Assembly: GCA_963738685.1 (NCBI GenBank)
Contig: CAVTXK010000001.1
Span: 924,007-988,006 of the forward strand
Length of the DNA stretch: 64,000 nt
From: an uncultured Chloroflexia bacterium
Lineage (GTDB): Bacteria > Chloroflexota > Limnocylindria > Limnocylindrales > CSP1-4
Direction of reading: 5' to 3'
The translations under genes were made by a program, and so were the position numbers. The notes below the pieces were generated by a model that worked only from the letters and a program-made list of their open reading frames with translations, was not told the DNA's origin and did not search any database. Of this stretch, positions 8,919 through 20,504 are shown piece after piece (positions within the stretch are counted from its first letter, which is position 1; every line of letters begins with the position of its first letter).

Positions 8919-10603
8919 ATGACCCAGGCACCATCCCGCGACGACGTCATCCAGCAGGACGTCGCGGACCTGCACAAGCTCGGCTACGCGCAGGAGCTGT
9001 TCCGCTCGATGGGCGGGTTCAGCAACTTCGCGATCAGCTTCTCGATCATCAGCATCCTGACCGGCGCGGTCATCCTCTACGACTACGGCCTGGCCTGGGC
9101 GGGCACGGCGGCCGTGCTCATCGGCTGGCCGTTCGTCACGGTCTTCGTCCTGTGCATCGCCGCGTCCATGGGCGAGATCGCCTCGGCCTATCCGACCGCC
9201 GGCGGCCTGTACTACTGGGCCAGCCGGATGAAGAACAAGAACTGGGGCTGGTGGACGGCCTGGCTCAACCTGATCGGCCAGTTCGCCATCGTCGCCGGGC
9301 ATCAACTTCGCCGCGGCGCTGTTCATCAACGCCACGATCGTCACGCCGCTCCTGTCGAACGTCGGCATCGAGTACGGCAACACGACGGTCCTGCTCGGAT
9401 CGGCCGACCAACCGATCCTCGTCGGTTCGCTGCTGACGATGGGCATCCTCATGCTCGTCCAGCTCGTCATCAACATCGCCGGCATCAACCTCGTCGCGCT
9501 CCTGAACCAGGTCAGCGTGTGGTGGCACATCGGGATCGTCGCGGCGGTCGTCGTCCTCGTGTTCCTGGCCGGCAAGCCCGACGAGTCCGGCCTGACCCTG
9601 TTCGCCATCCAGCCCCAGGACGTCGCCGGCAGCTGGAACAACAACCTCGGGTTCATCAACCTCGAGTACGGCCCCGCCATCACCTACCCGCTGATCCTCG
9701 CCTTCTTCTTCTCGCTGCTCCAGGCCAACTGGACGTACACCGGCTACGACGCCTCGGCCCACGTCGCGGAGGAGACGGTCGGGGCGCGGAAGGCCAGCGC
9801 GTGGGGGATCTTCCTGTCGGTCGCGGTGAGCGCGGTCGTCGGGTACATCTTCCTGTTCGCGCTGTCGACCCACCTGCCGAACCTGTCGACGCTCTTCCCG
9901 AATCCGTTGCCGGACCCGCTCGGCCTATCCAGCCAGTACTACTTCGGCGACGGCGCGGCCGTCATCGACATCCTCATCTACAACCTCGGGCCGACGGTCG
10001 GCGGCGTCCTGTCGGCCGGCATCGCCATCGCGATGTGGTTCTGCGGCCTCTCGGCGATCGCGTCCGCCGGCCGGATGCTCTTCGCCTTCAGCCGCGATGA
10101 CGGGGTCCCGGGCTCCGGCTGGCTCAAGAAGGTCTCGCATCGCTACCGGACACCGGCCAACGCCCTGACGGCGATCGTCGTCATCGCCTGGCTGTTCTCG
10201 GTCGCCGCGTTCTTCGTCGGCCGCGGGGTGGCGGTCATCATCGTCACCGCGATCAGCACGATCTTCCTGTACGCCGCGTACGGCATCGTGCATCTACCTG
10301 GGCGCCACGACCCAGGACTGGGTCCAGGAACGGGTCTGGAGCCTGGGCCGCTGGTCCAAGCCGATCGCCTGGGTGGCCGTCGCCTGGATCGTCGTCCTGA
10401 TGATCCTGTTCAGCTTCCCGACGTCGGGCAACATCTCGTTCCCGTTCATGGTCGCCGTGGTCCTGTTCCTGCTCGTCTACTACTTCGGCTGGGCTCGTCG
10501 CAGCTTCAAGGGTCCGCGCGCGATGGGCGACGCGGCCGAGCTGACCGAGATCGAGCGCGAGTTCGAGCAGCGCCGCCGGCGAGGTGCAGGCCGCCTGACC
10601 TGA
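8919..10603 (+). pseudogene. APC-family amino acid/amine permease, two +1 frameshifts
   Basis: Three consecutive frames carry one 12-TM-type permease: ORF 8919.. (...NLIGQFAIVAG), ORF 9439.. (...ISTIFLYAAYGIV) and ORF 10373..10603. The first junction is gcc-ggg-c-atc at 9294-9303. A GAGGGAGG Shine-Dalgarno sequence precedes ATG 8919. Confidence 0.85.
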
Positions 10604-10677
10604 CCGCCCCGCACGACCGTCGAGGGCCGGTCGGTTCCACCGGCCGGCCCTCGACCGATCCCACCACGAGGAGCCCG

Positions 10678-12091
10678 ATGAGCGACCACGGCACCGATCA
10701 CGCCGACCAAGCACCCGCGTCTCGCCGAGCTCGAGGCGATGGTCCGCGACGGGCGGATCGACACGATCGTCGTCGCCTTCACCGACATGCAGGGCCGGCT
10801 CATGGGCAAGCGCGTCCAGGGCCAGGCGTTCCTCGACGGCGTCATCAGCCACGGCGCCCACTTCTGCACGTACCTGCTGGGCACGGACATGGAGATGAAC
10901 ACGCCCGAGGGCTTCAAGCTCATGAACTGGGAGACCGGCTACGGCGACTGGATCGCCGAGCCGATCTGGGACCAGCTCCGGGTGCTGCCCTGGCTGCCCG
11001 GGCACGGCCATGGTCCTCGCCGACACGATCGACGAGGAGACCGGCGCAGGAGATCCCGGTCTCGCCGCGGACGATCCTCAAGCGCCAGGTCGCGCGCGCC
11101 GCCGACGCCGGCTTCGCGATCAAGGCCGGCTCCGAGTTCGAGTTCTACGTCCTCAAGGACTCGTGGGAGGAGCTGGCCGAGCGCGGCTGGCCCGTGCCCA
11201 CGCACGTTCGGCCACTACAACGAGGACTACCACCTGCTCCAGGCCACGAAGGCGGAGCCGCTCCATCGACTGCTGCGCAACCAGATGACCGAGGCGAACG
11301 TCCCGATCGAGTTCAGCAAGGGCGAGGCGGCCAACGGCCAGCACGAGGTCAACATCCGCTACGACCACGTCCTCGAGTCGGCCGACCGGAGCGTGCGTGT
11401 TCAAGCACGGCGCCAAGGAGATCGCCTACCTCAACGGCTGGGGCATCACGTTCATGGCCAAGCCCGACCATCGCTGGACCGGCTCGTCCGGCCATCTGCA
11501 CATGAGCGTGTGGGACGTCGCCAAGGACGTGCCGCTGATGCACGCGACCGGCCGCGAGAAGCCCGGGCCCTACGGCCTGTCGAAGGTCGGCCAGCAGTTC
11601 ATGGCCGGGATGATGGCGCTGTCGCGCGAGCTGGCCGTGTTCGTCGCCCCGTTCATCAACTCGTACAAGCGCTACGCGTCGCTGTCGTGGGCGCCGGTCA
11701 ACGTCGTGTGGGGCCGGGACAACCGCACGACCGGGTTCCGGCTCGTCGGTCGCGGCCCGGGCCTCCACGTCGAGAACCGCTTCCCCGGCGGCGACATGAA
11801 CGCCTACCTGACCTACGCGGCGATGATCGGGGCCGGCCTGTACGGCATCGAGCACGGGCTCAAGCTCGAGCGACGAGTTCAAGGGCAACGGCTACCTGGC
11901 GACGGGCGTGCCGCGGATGCCGCGCGCGCTGTACGAGGCGATCGCGGAGCTGGAGCGGTCCGAGGCCGCGCGCGAGATCTTCGGCGAGGACGTCGTCGAC
12001 GCACTACCTCAACGCCGCGCGCGTCGAGCAGGAGACGTACGACTCGGTGGTCCATCCGTGGGACCGCGAGCGCTACCTCGAGCGCGGCTGA
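10678..12091 (+). pseudogene. glutamine synthetase family protein (GlnA-like gamma-glutamyl ligase), seven +1 frameshifts
   Basis: Frame order is 1,2,0,1,2,0,1,2 from ATG 10678 to the stop at 12091. Segments: LAELEAMVRDGRIDTIVVAFTDMQGR / MVLADTIDEETGA / EIPVSPRTILKRQVARAADAGF..EFEFYV / FGHYNEDYHLLQ...NGQHEVNIRY / FKHGAKEIA...NSYKRY...WGRDNRT / EFKGNGYLATGVPRMPRALYEA / HYLNAARVEQETYD... Confidence 0.85.
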
Positions 12092-12158
12092 TCGTCCCCG
12101 CGATGCACGACGGCCCACGCGACACGACGGCCCTACGCACGCGTAGACTCGACCGACG

Positions 12159-15100
12159 ATGAGGGGCGACACGCAGACGGGCGATACCGACCCCGCGGCC
12201 GAATCGGCGCGCCTCCTCGCGCGACTCGCCGAGCTCGAGGCGCGGGAGTCCGAGCGAGTCGCGAGCGAGCGGCTCCAGGACGCCCTCTACCGCATCGCCG
12301 AAGCGGCGAGCGCCTCGCCCGACCTCCTCGACTTCTATCGCGCCATGCACCGCATCGTCGGTGAGCTCATGGACGCGCGGAACTTCTACATCGCCCTGTA
12401 CGACGCTGAGATGGAAGCGATCAACTTCCCCTACTACGTCGACACGGTGGACACGAACATCCCGGATCCGGCGGAATGGGAGCCGTTCGGCGTGGGCAAT
12501 GCGGGCGGCCTGACCGCCTACGTGCTCCGGACCGGCGAGCCCGCGCTGGTGACCACTCAGCGATGGCAGGAGCTGATCGCGGCCGGACAGATCGACGCAC
12601 TCGGGGAGTCCGGAGAGGACTGGCTCGGTGTACCGCTGCACTGGCATGACCAGGTCATCGGCATCGTCGTCGTCCAGACGTACGAACCGTTCTTGCACTA
12701 TCGCGAGCAGGACGTCGAACTCCTCACGTACGTCGGTCGCCACATCGCGGCAGCCCTCGCACGGGCTCGAGCGATCGAGGAGACCCGCCAGCGCAACGCC
12801 GAGCTGACGCTCGTGAACGAGATCGGCCAGGCGCTTGCCGCCCAGCTCGAGTTCGAGGCCATCATCGATATCGTCGGCGAGCGCATCCGGTCGATCTTCG
12901 ATGTGCACGCGATGTTCGTCGCGCTGTACGACGCGGCGACCGACACCATCGCCTTCCCGTACGACATCGACGAGGGCGAGCGATTCGAGCGTGGGCACAT
13001 GAAGCTCGGACCGGGGTTGACGTCGACCGTGATCCAGACGAAGCGGCCGCTGCGCATCGGCTCTGCCGAGGAGCAGGAATCCCTCGGCGCGATCGATGTC
13101 GGCGGAACGCCGACGCTCTCATGGCTCGGGGTCCCGATCCTCTCGGGCGAACGGGTGATCGGCGTCGTGGCGCTCGAGAGCCTGCGCGCCCATGCCTTCA
13201 GCGAATCCGACGAACGCCTGTTGACGACCCTCGCCTCGAGCATGGGCGTGGCGCTCGACAATGCCCGGCTGCTGGGTGAGACGAAGCGCCTCCTCGTCGA
13301 GACCGACGAACGAGCCGCCGAGCTCGCGATCATCAACGGCGTCCAGGAGGGCCTCGCCTCCCAGCTCGAGATGCAGGCGATGTACGACCTCGTCGGTGAC
13401 AAGCTGCAAGAGATCTTCGATGCCCAGGTCGTCGACATCGGCGTCCTGGACGAGGCGACGCAGCGCATCCATTTCCCCTACTCCATCGAACGCGGAGAGC
13501 GCTTCCCCGACCAGCCGATCCCGCTGATGGGGATCCGTCGCCACGTCATGGCCACGCGCCAGCCGTTCCTGGTCCAGGAGCGGTCGGCCGAGGTGGCCGA
13601 GACCTTCGGCCAGAAGGCCGCGATCCAGGGAGAGGTGCCCAAGTCGACGCTGTGGGCGCCCATGGTCATCGGCGAGGAGGCGCGCGGTGTCATCTCCCTG
13701 CAGAACCTCGACCGCGAGTTCGCATTCAGCGAGGGCGACGTCCGGCTGCTGACGACGGTCGCCGCGAGCCTCAGCGTCGCGCTCGAGAATGCGCGGCTGT
13801 TCGGGGAGACGCGACGCCAGGCGGCCGAGCTGGCGATCGTCAACCGCATCGGCCAGGCGTTGAGCGCGCAGCTCGACCTCGACGCCCTGATCGAGCTCGT
13901 GGGCGAACGGATGCGCGCGACGTTCGCCGCTGACATCGTCTACGTCGCGCTGCATGATGCCGATTCCGAGGAGATCCAGTTCCCGTATTACTCCGAGGAC
14001 GGCCTGGTCGCGCCCCAGCCGGCGATCCCTTACGGCACCGGTCTCACCTCGCGGATCGTACGCGACCGCGAGCCGCTGCTCCTGCGCCACGCCGCGGAGT
14101 GGGATGCCCTCGGCGACCGCGGGATCGGGACGCAGGCCAAGACCTATCTGGGCGTGCCGATCCTGCAGGGCGATACCGCGATCGGGGTCATCAGCGTCCA
14201 GAGCACCACGCAGGAGGGCCGCTTCGGCGACGAGGACGTCCGACTGCTCTCGACGCTCGCGGCGAACGTCGGGGCCGCGATCTCGAACGCACGGCTGTAC
14301 GAGGAGACGCGCCGGCGCGCGCGGGAGATGGCGGCCCTTGCCGAGGTCGGCCGCGAGATCTCCGCCAACCTGGACCTGACGGCGGTCCTGGAGCAGATCG
14401 TGGAGCGGGCACAGTCGCTGCTCAGCGTCGATTCGACGCGCCCTGTTCCTCGCCCAGCCCGATGGCGAGACGTTCAAGGCGATCGTCGCCATCGGCGCCC
14501 TCGCCGAGCCGGTCCTCAACGACTCGATCCGGGTCGGTGAGGGGATCATCGGCGACATCGTTCTCCGCCGCGACGCCGAGGTCATCAACGACGTCAACGC
14601 CGACGGCCGGAGCGTGGCGATCCCGGGCACCGACCCTGAGGCCGAGGAGCGGCTGATGGTCGCGTCGCTCGTCGCGCGCGACCAGGTCGTGGGCGTTTTC
14701 GCCGCCTGGCGGTCGATGCCGAGCGCGCGCTTCACCGACAGCGACCTCGAGCTGCTCGTCGGACTGTCCCAGCAGGCGGCGATCGCGATCGACAATGCCC
14801 GCCTGTTCCGGGAAGGCGAGGCGGCGCGCGAGGCTGCCGAGCATGCCGATCGCGCCAAGAGCACGTTCCTCGCGGCGATGAGCCACGAGATCCGCACCCC
14901 GATGAACGCGGTCATCGGGATGAGCGGCCTGTTGCTCGACACCTCGCTCGATGACGAGCAACGCGACTACGCCGAAACGATCCGGACGTCGGGCGACGCG
15001 CTGCTGACGATCATCAATGACATCCTCGACTTCTCGAAGATCGAGGCCGGCAAGGTCGAGCTGGAGCATCGGCCGTTCGCGCTGGCCCCGTGCATCGAGG

Positions 15101-16431
15101 GGGCGCTCGATGTCCTCGCCCCGACCGCGGCGGCGAAGCACCTCGAGCTCGTGTACACGATCGACGAGGGCCTGCCCCGCATGGTCGTCGGCGACGAAGG
15201 CCGGCTGCGACAGGTCGTGCTCAACCTGCTGTCGAACGCCGTCAAGTTCACCGAAGCCGGCGAGGTCGAGCTTGCCGTAGCGGGCCGTCCGCTCGACGAG
15301 GCGACACCTGCCGGTCGGTGGCGCTTCTCGGTCGAGGTCCGCGATACCGGCATCGGCATCCCGCCCGATCGCCTCGGCCAGCTCTTCCAGTCGTTCAGCC
15401 AGGCGGATGCCTCGATCAGCCGGCGCTACGGCGGGACTGGTCTTGGCCTGGCGATCAGTCGCCGGTTGGCGGAGCTGATGGACGGGTCGATCACCGCGGA
15501 GAGTGCGGGTGTCGCGGGGCAGGGCAGCCGGTTCTGCCTGACCTTCGAGGCCGACCCGGACGCGACCGCCACAGCGGCCGCGCCGGCGATCGAGCCCGAT
15601 CTGGATGGGCGGCACGTGCTGGTCGTGGACGACAACGCCGCGAATCGCCGGATCCTCGTGACGCTCCTGGCGCGCTGGGGCATGACATCGGCTTCGACCG
15701 CGTCGCCCCGCGAGGCGCTCGGCTGGGTGGCAGCAGGGCAACGCTTCGATCTCGCACTCCTCGACCTCCACATGCCCGAGCTGGACGGCCTGAGTCTGGC
15801 GACGGCCATCAGGGCGTCCGAGTCGGGCGCCGCGACGCCGGTCATCATCCTGTCCTCGCTGGGCGTCCACGAGCGCTCGAACGACGCGGTGGCCGCGTAT
15901 CTCGTGAAGCCGGTCAAGCCATCAGCCCTCCACGACGCCCTCGCGACGGTGCTGGCTGGCCACACGACGGCGGTGCCTGCCCGCGTCGCCGTGACCGGGA
16001 TCGATCACGACCTGGGCGCCCGCCACCCCCTCCGGATCCTGCTCGCCGAGGACAACCCGGTGAACCGCAAGATCGCGCTGCGGCTCCTCGGAAGGATGGG
16101 CTTCGCCGCCGACCTGGCGGGGAACGGCCTGGAGGCGATCGCCGCCCTCGAAGGTGCCCGCTACGACGTGGTGCTCATGGACGTGCAGATGCCCGAGCTC
16201 GACGGGCTCGAAGCGACGCGACGGATCCGCCAGCGCTGGCCCGACGAGCGGGGCCCCAGGATCGTCGCCATGACCGCCAACGCGATGGAGGGCGACCGTG
16301 AGGCGTGTCTCGCCGCAGGGATGGACGACTACATCTCCAAGCCCATTCGGCCCGAGGCGCTCGCTGCCGCCCTGACCGCGGCCTCGGTCCGGTCGACCGC
16401 AGCCGTCCCCGCCGTGGAGCACGCGCGATGA
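12159..16431 (+). pseudogene. soluble hybrid sensor histidine kinase (about 5 tandem GAF, HisKA, HATPase, 2 REC), one +1 frameshift near 14437
   Basis: ORF 12159..14540 carries repeated GAF modules (...WLGVPL...VIGVV...). ORF 14614..16431 carries the H-box [14 protein letters not shown]-boxes DTGIGI / GGTGLGLAI, and two DD...D...K receiver domains. The reading frame continues across gat-tcg-acg-c-gcc-ctg at 14430-14445. No TM segment was seen. Confidence 0.85.
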
Positions 16432-17534
16432 ACGGTGGCCGCGTGCTCGTGGTGGACGACACGCCGTTCAACCGACGCCTGCTGGTCCGGCTGCTGGCCG
16501 ACATCGGCCATAGCACCGTGGAGGCAGCCGACGGTCGTGAAGCCCTCGCGCGGCTGCACGATGACACGACGCCACCCGTCGACGTCGTGCTGCTCGACAT
16601 CGTGATGCCCGAGATGGACGGCTACGAGACCCTGGCCAGGCTCAAGGCAGACGACACGCTCCGCGATCTCCCGGTCATCGTGATCTCGGGCGTCGACGAG
16701 CTCGACAGCGTGGTCCGCTGCATCCAGATGGGCGCCGCCGACTACCTGCCCAAGACGGTCGCTCCGGAGATCCTGCGTGCCCGGATCGAGGCCTCGATGA
16801 GCCAGAAACGGTTCCGCGACCTCGAGCGCGCGACGGCCGAGGAGCAGACGCGCCTGCTCGCGACCATCGACCGGCAGCGCTCCGAGCTCTCGCGGTTCCT
16901 CTCGCCCCAGGTCGCCGCCCTGGTCTCGAGCGAGGACGGCGAGGCGATGCTTGCCGGGCATCGCCGCGAGATCACCGCGATGTTCTGCGACCTGCGCAAT
17001 TTCACGGCGTTCTCGGAGACGGCCGAGCCCGAGGAGGTCCTTGGCTTCCTGCGCGCTTATCACGACGCGATGGGGCGGCTCATCGTCGAGCACGAAGGCA
17101 CCCTGGAGCACTTCGCCGGCGACGGGTTCATGACGTTCTTCAACGATCCAGTGCTCCAACCCGACCACGCGACCCGGGCGGTGGGGCTCGCGGTCGCCAT
17201 GCGCGAGCGGTTCGCCGAGCTCGCTGGCGACTGGCGCAAGCGTGGCCACGTCCTCGAGATCGGCATCGGCATCGCGACCGGCTATGCGACGCTGGGCCGC
17301 ATCGGCTTCGAGGGCCGCTACGACTACGGCGCGATCGGCCAGGCGATCATCCTCGCAGCGCGGCTGAGCGGCGAGGCTGGTCCGTCGGAGATCCTGATCG
17401 CGCCGCGGACCTATGCCGCCGCTGAGGACGGGATCGCGGCACAGGAGGCCGGCGATCGGCAACTGAAGGGTTTCAGCCGCCCGGTCCCGGTGTACGCGGT
17501 GTCCGGCATGGCAGCCGCGGGAGCCGGCACATGA
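16428..17534 (+). CDS. response regulator receiver fused to class III adenylate/guanylate cyclase
   Basis: [19 protein letters not shown]...[14 protein letters not shown] (REC), then [16 protein letters not shown]...GDGFMTFFN...[14 protein letters not shown] (cyclase). ATGA overlap with the kinase stop. Confidence 0.9.
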   Translation: MNGGRVLVVDDTPFNRRLLVRLLADIGHSTVEAADGREALARLHDDTTPPVDVVLLDIVMPEMDGYETLARLKADDTLRDLPVIVISGVDELDSVVRCIQMGAADYLPKTVAPEILRARIEASMSQKRFRDLERATAEEQTRLLATIDRQRSELSRFLSPQVAALVSSEDGEAMLAGHRREITAMFCDLRNFTAFSETAEPEEVLGFLRAYHDAMGRLIVEHEGTLEHFAGDGFMTFFNDPVLQPDHATRAVGLAVAMRERFAELAGDWRKRGHVLEIGIGIATGYATLGRIGFEGRYDYGAIGQAIILAARLSGEAGPSEILIAPRTYAAAEDGIAAQEAGDRQLKGFSRPVPVYAVSGMAAAGAGT

Positions 17535-17893
17535 CACAGCCGGCGGTCGATCCCGCGGCCTTCGCCCACCTCCTGGAGATCACCGGCGACGACCTCGAAT
17601 TCGTCGACGAGCTGATCGACACCTATCTCGAGGACGGGGCGGTGCAGCTGGAGGCGATGCGCAACGCCGCGCTGACCGCGGACACTGCGGCCATGGTGCG
17701 ACCCGCGCACTCACTCAAGTCGAGCAGCGCCAACGTCGGGGCCATGGCACTCGCCGAGATCTGCCGAGCGATCGAGGCGGACGCGCGCGATGGCGGAGTG
17801 CCGGACGCCGCTCACGTGGCGGCCTGCGACCGAGCCTTTGCCGAGGCACGCGCAGCCCTCCTCGCCGCCCGCGCCGCCCGCGCCGCCCGCTGA
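17531..17893 (+). CDS. Hpt (histidine phosphotransfer) domain protein
   Basis: PAHSLKSSSANVGAMALAE contains the phospho-accepting His motif. ATGA overlap with the cyclase stop. Confidence 0.85.
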   Translation: MTQPAVDPAAFAHLLEITGDDLEFVDELIDTYLEDGAVQLEAMRNAALTADTAAMVRPAHSLKSSSANVGAMALAEICRAIEADARDGGVPDAAHVAACDRAFAEARAALLAARAARAAR

Positions 17894-17923
17894 CCGGACG
17901 AGCCGGGGCCCGACGTCTTCCCG

Positions 17924-18607
17924 TCAGCCCGCGGCAGCCCGCTCGCGCAGTCGACGGGCAAGGTCCACGTGGCCGGCAGCCTCGGCGACGTCCGCGGGTG
18001 TCTCGCCCGCGTCCGTCGTCGCCGCTGGATCCGCCTCGGCCGAGAGGAACAGCTCGCTCATCTCGACGTCCCCGTGCTGCGCCGACTCGTGGAGCGGTGT
18101 GAAGCCGCCGTGTTGGGTCGCGTTCACGTCGGCGCCGGCGGCCAGCAGGATCCGGCAGACCTCGACATGCCGGCCGGCGGCCGCGGCGTGGAGCGGTTGG
18201 TTCGCGAACGGATTGCGCGTGTAGGTGTCCACCCGTGCGCCGTGCTCGACGAGGATCCGTGCGGCTTCGGCCTTCCCGAAGAACGCGGCGAAGTGCAGGG
18301 CGGTGAACCCGTCCGGCGAGAACGCGACGACCGCCGCCGGATCCTCGATCAGCCGCGCGCGCAATCGGTCCACGTAGCCGAGCGCCGCCGCCTCGAAGAC
18401 GTCGAGCTCGGGGTCCGCCGTGAGGAGGGCGTCCGTCACCGCGCGATCGAAGCGGTAGCGAGCGAGCATCAACGCCGAAACCCCGTCCGCATCGCGTGCG
18501 GTGGCCAGCGACGGATCGACGGTCACCAGCTCGCGGACCCGGGCCGCATCCCCGGCGGCGGCGGCGGCGATCAGCTCGGCGCGATCGGGCATCGCCAGAG
18601 GGTACAT
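17924..18607 (-). CDS. ankyrin repeat protein
   Basis: Repeated G.TALH.AA..G motifs: DGFTALHFAAFFGKAEAARILVEHGARVD, QPLHAAAAGRHVEVCRILLAAGADVN, GFTPLHESAQHGD. ATG at 18607 (18592 is an alternative). Confidence 0.85.
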   Translation of the reverse strand: MYPLAMPDRAELIAAAAAGDAARVRELVTVDPSLATARDADGVSALMLARYRFDRAVTDALLTADPELDVFEAAALGYVDRLRARLIEDPAAVVAFSPDGFTALHFAAFFGKAEAARILVEHGARVDTYTRNPFANQPLHAAAAGRHVEVCRILLAAGADVNATQHGGFTPLHESAQHGDVEMSELFLSAEADPAATTDAGETPADVAEAAGHVDLARRLRERAAAG

Positions 18608-18719
18608 CGGCGCTCGGGGCCCGGGCCGCACGAGTAGGATGCCGGACACCGAGACCGGACCCAGGCCCGGCCCACCGGCGCCGAGACCGGGGGCCACGAT
18701 TCGAGAGGGACGACGCCCG

Positions 18720-19487
18720 ATGCGACTCGCCGACAAGGTCACGATCATCACCGGCGGTGGCGGCGGCATGGGCCGTGTCGCGGCCCGCATGTTCGCGAAG
18801 GAGGGGGCGAGGGTCGTGGTCGCCGAGTACGGCGCAGCGACCGGCCAGGAGACGGTCGACCTCGTGCGGGCGGATGGGGGCGAGGCGTCCTTCGTCCAGG
18901 CGGATGTCTCGCGTCAGGACGACGCGAAGGCCATGGTCGACCATGCGATCTCCACCTACGGCCGGCTCGACGTCCTGTACAACAATGCCGGGATCATGCC
19001 CGAGGCGGACCACTCGGTCGTCGACACCGAGGTCGACGTGTGGGACCAGGTCATGGCCGTCAACGTGCGCGGCGTGTTCCTCGGCTGTAAGTACGCGGTC
19101 CCGGCGATGGAGGCCGCCGGCGGTGGCTCGATCATCAACATCGCGAGCTTCGTCGCCCTCGTCGGCTGCTCCGTACCACAGGACGCCTACACCGCCTCGA
19201 AGGGCGCGATCCTGTCGCTGACCCGCAGCCTCGCCGTCCAGTTCGGGCCCAAGGGCATCCGCACCAACGCCATCTGCCCCGGCCCGGTCGAGACGCCGCT
19301 GCTCATGGACTGGCTGGTCAAGGACGAGGCGGCCAAGCAGCTCCGGCTGGCGCGCAACCCGACCGGCCGCTTCGGCAAGCCCGAGGAGATCGTCCATATG
19401 GCGGTCTACCTCGCGTCCGACGAGTCGCGCTGGACAAACGGCGCGTCGCTGGTCGTCGACGGCGGGATCACCGTCAACTACTTCTAG
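18720..19487 (+). CDS. SDR family oxidoreductase
   Basis: TGGGGGMG cofactor motif, NNAG, catalytic YTASKGA. ATG 18720 follows GAGAGGGA. Confidence 0.9.
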   Translation: MRLADKVTIITGGGGGMGRVAARMFAKEGARVVVAEYGAATGQETVDLVRADGGEASFVQADVSRQDDAKAMVDHAISTYGRLDVLYNNAGIMPEADHSVVDTEVDVWDQVMAVNVRGVFLGCKYAVPAMEAAGGGSIINIASFVALVGCSVPQDAYTASKGAILSLTRSLAVQFGPKGIRTNAICPGPVETPLLMDWLVKDEAAKQLRLARNPTGRFGKPEEIVHMAVYLASDESRWTNGASLVVDGGITVNYF

Positions 19488-19594
19488 GTCGACGGTTCGA
19501 CGGCGGCTCCCGACGTCCGCGCGACGGCCGCAGACCGCCCCGGGCGCACCGCTACAATCGCTCCCGTTCGGCGACATCAGCCCAGAGGTTTCGG

Positions 19595-20413
19595 GTGAGC
19601 GAAATGACAGCCGCCATCGGCGTCGATGTCGGTGGCAGTGGCATCAAGGCGGGCGTGGTCGAGATCGCGACCGGCCGGCTGACCTCCGAGCGCCTGCGCG
19701 TCCCGACGCCGACCCCGTCCACGCCGGAGCTCGTGAGTGCCGCGATCGGGCGGCTCGTGCGCCGTCTCGTGAAGTCCGCCGCGCTGCCCGACGACACGCC
19801 GGTCGGCGTGGGGCTGCCGGGGGTGGCCATTGACGGGCGCCTCCTGACCGCGGCCAACATCGATCCCGCCTGGGTCGACTATCCCGTTGCCGAGAAGCTG
19901 TCGAGGACGCTCAAGCGCCCGGTCAGCATCGTCAACGACGCGGACGCCGCCGGGATCGCCGAGATGCGCTTCGGGATCGGGGCCGGCAAGCGCGGCACGG
20001 TGATCTTCCTGACGCTCGGCACCGGGGTGGGCTCGGGTGTCTTCATCGATGGCACGCTCATCCCGAACACCGAGTTCGGGCAGATGGAGATCCGCGGCCG
20101 ACCGGCCGAACGCCGCTCGGCAGCCGCTGCCCGGGTCCGCCGCGGCCTGTCGTGGAAGGCCTGGGCGATGGACCTCGACGAGCATCTCGAACGGATCGAG
20201 GAGCTGATGTGGCCCTCGCTGTTGATCCTCGGCGGTGGGGTCAGCAAGAACGCTGACCGGTTCATCCCGCGGCTCCACCGGCGCGCGCCGGTGGTCGCCG
20301 CGTCGTTGCGCAACGACGCCGGCATCATCGGCGCGGCGATCGTCGCCGCCGAGGGGCTCGCCGACGCGGCCACGACATCGGACGACCTGCCCGAAGCGGC
20401 CCCGCCCCGGTGA
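19595..20413 (+). CDS. ppgK: polyphosphate glucokinase (ROK family)
   Basis: IGVDVGGSGIKAGVV..., VNDADAAG, LTLGTGVGSGVFIDG..PNTEFG, LILGGGVSK. GTG 19595 follows AGAGG (ATG 19604 is an alternative). Confidence 0.85.
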   Translation: MSEMTAAIGVDVGGSGIKAGVVEIATGRLTSERLRVPTPTPSTPELVSAAIGRLVRRLVKSAALPDDTPVGVGLPGVAIDGRLLTAANIDPAWVDYPVAEKLSRTLKRPVSIVNDADAAGIAEMRFGIGAGKRGTVIFLTLGTGVGSGVFIDGTLIPNTEFGQMEIRGRPAERRSAAAARVRRGLSWKAWAMDLDEHLERIEELMWPSLLILGGGVSKNADRFIPRLHRRAPVVAASLRNDAGIIGAAIVAAEGLADAATTSDDLPEAAPPR

Positions 20414-20504
20414 TCGCGGCGGGCTGATCGCGGCAAGGTCGGGCCGCGGCGGGCGTATCATCGGGCTCCTTTCCGACGTTCGCGTCCGAACCCGAGGTCC
20501 CACG

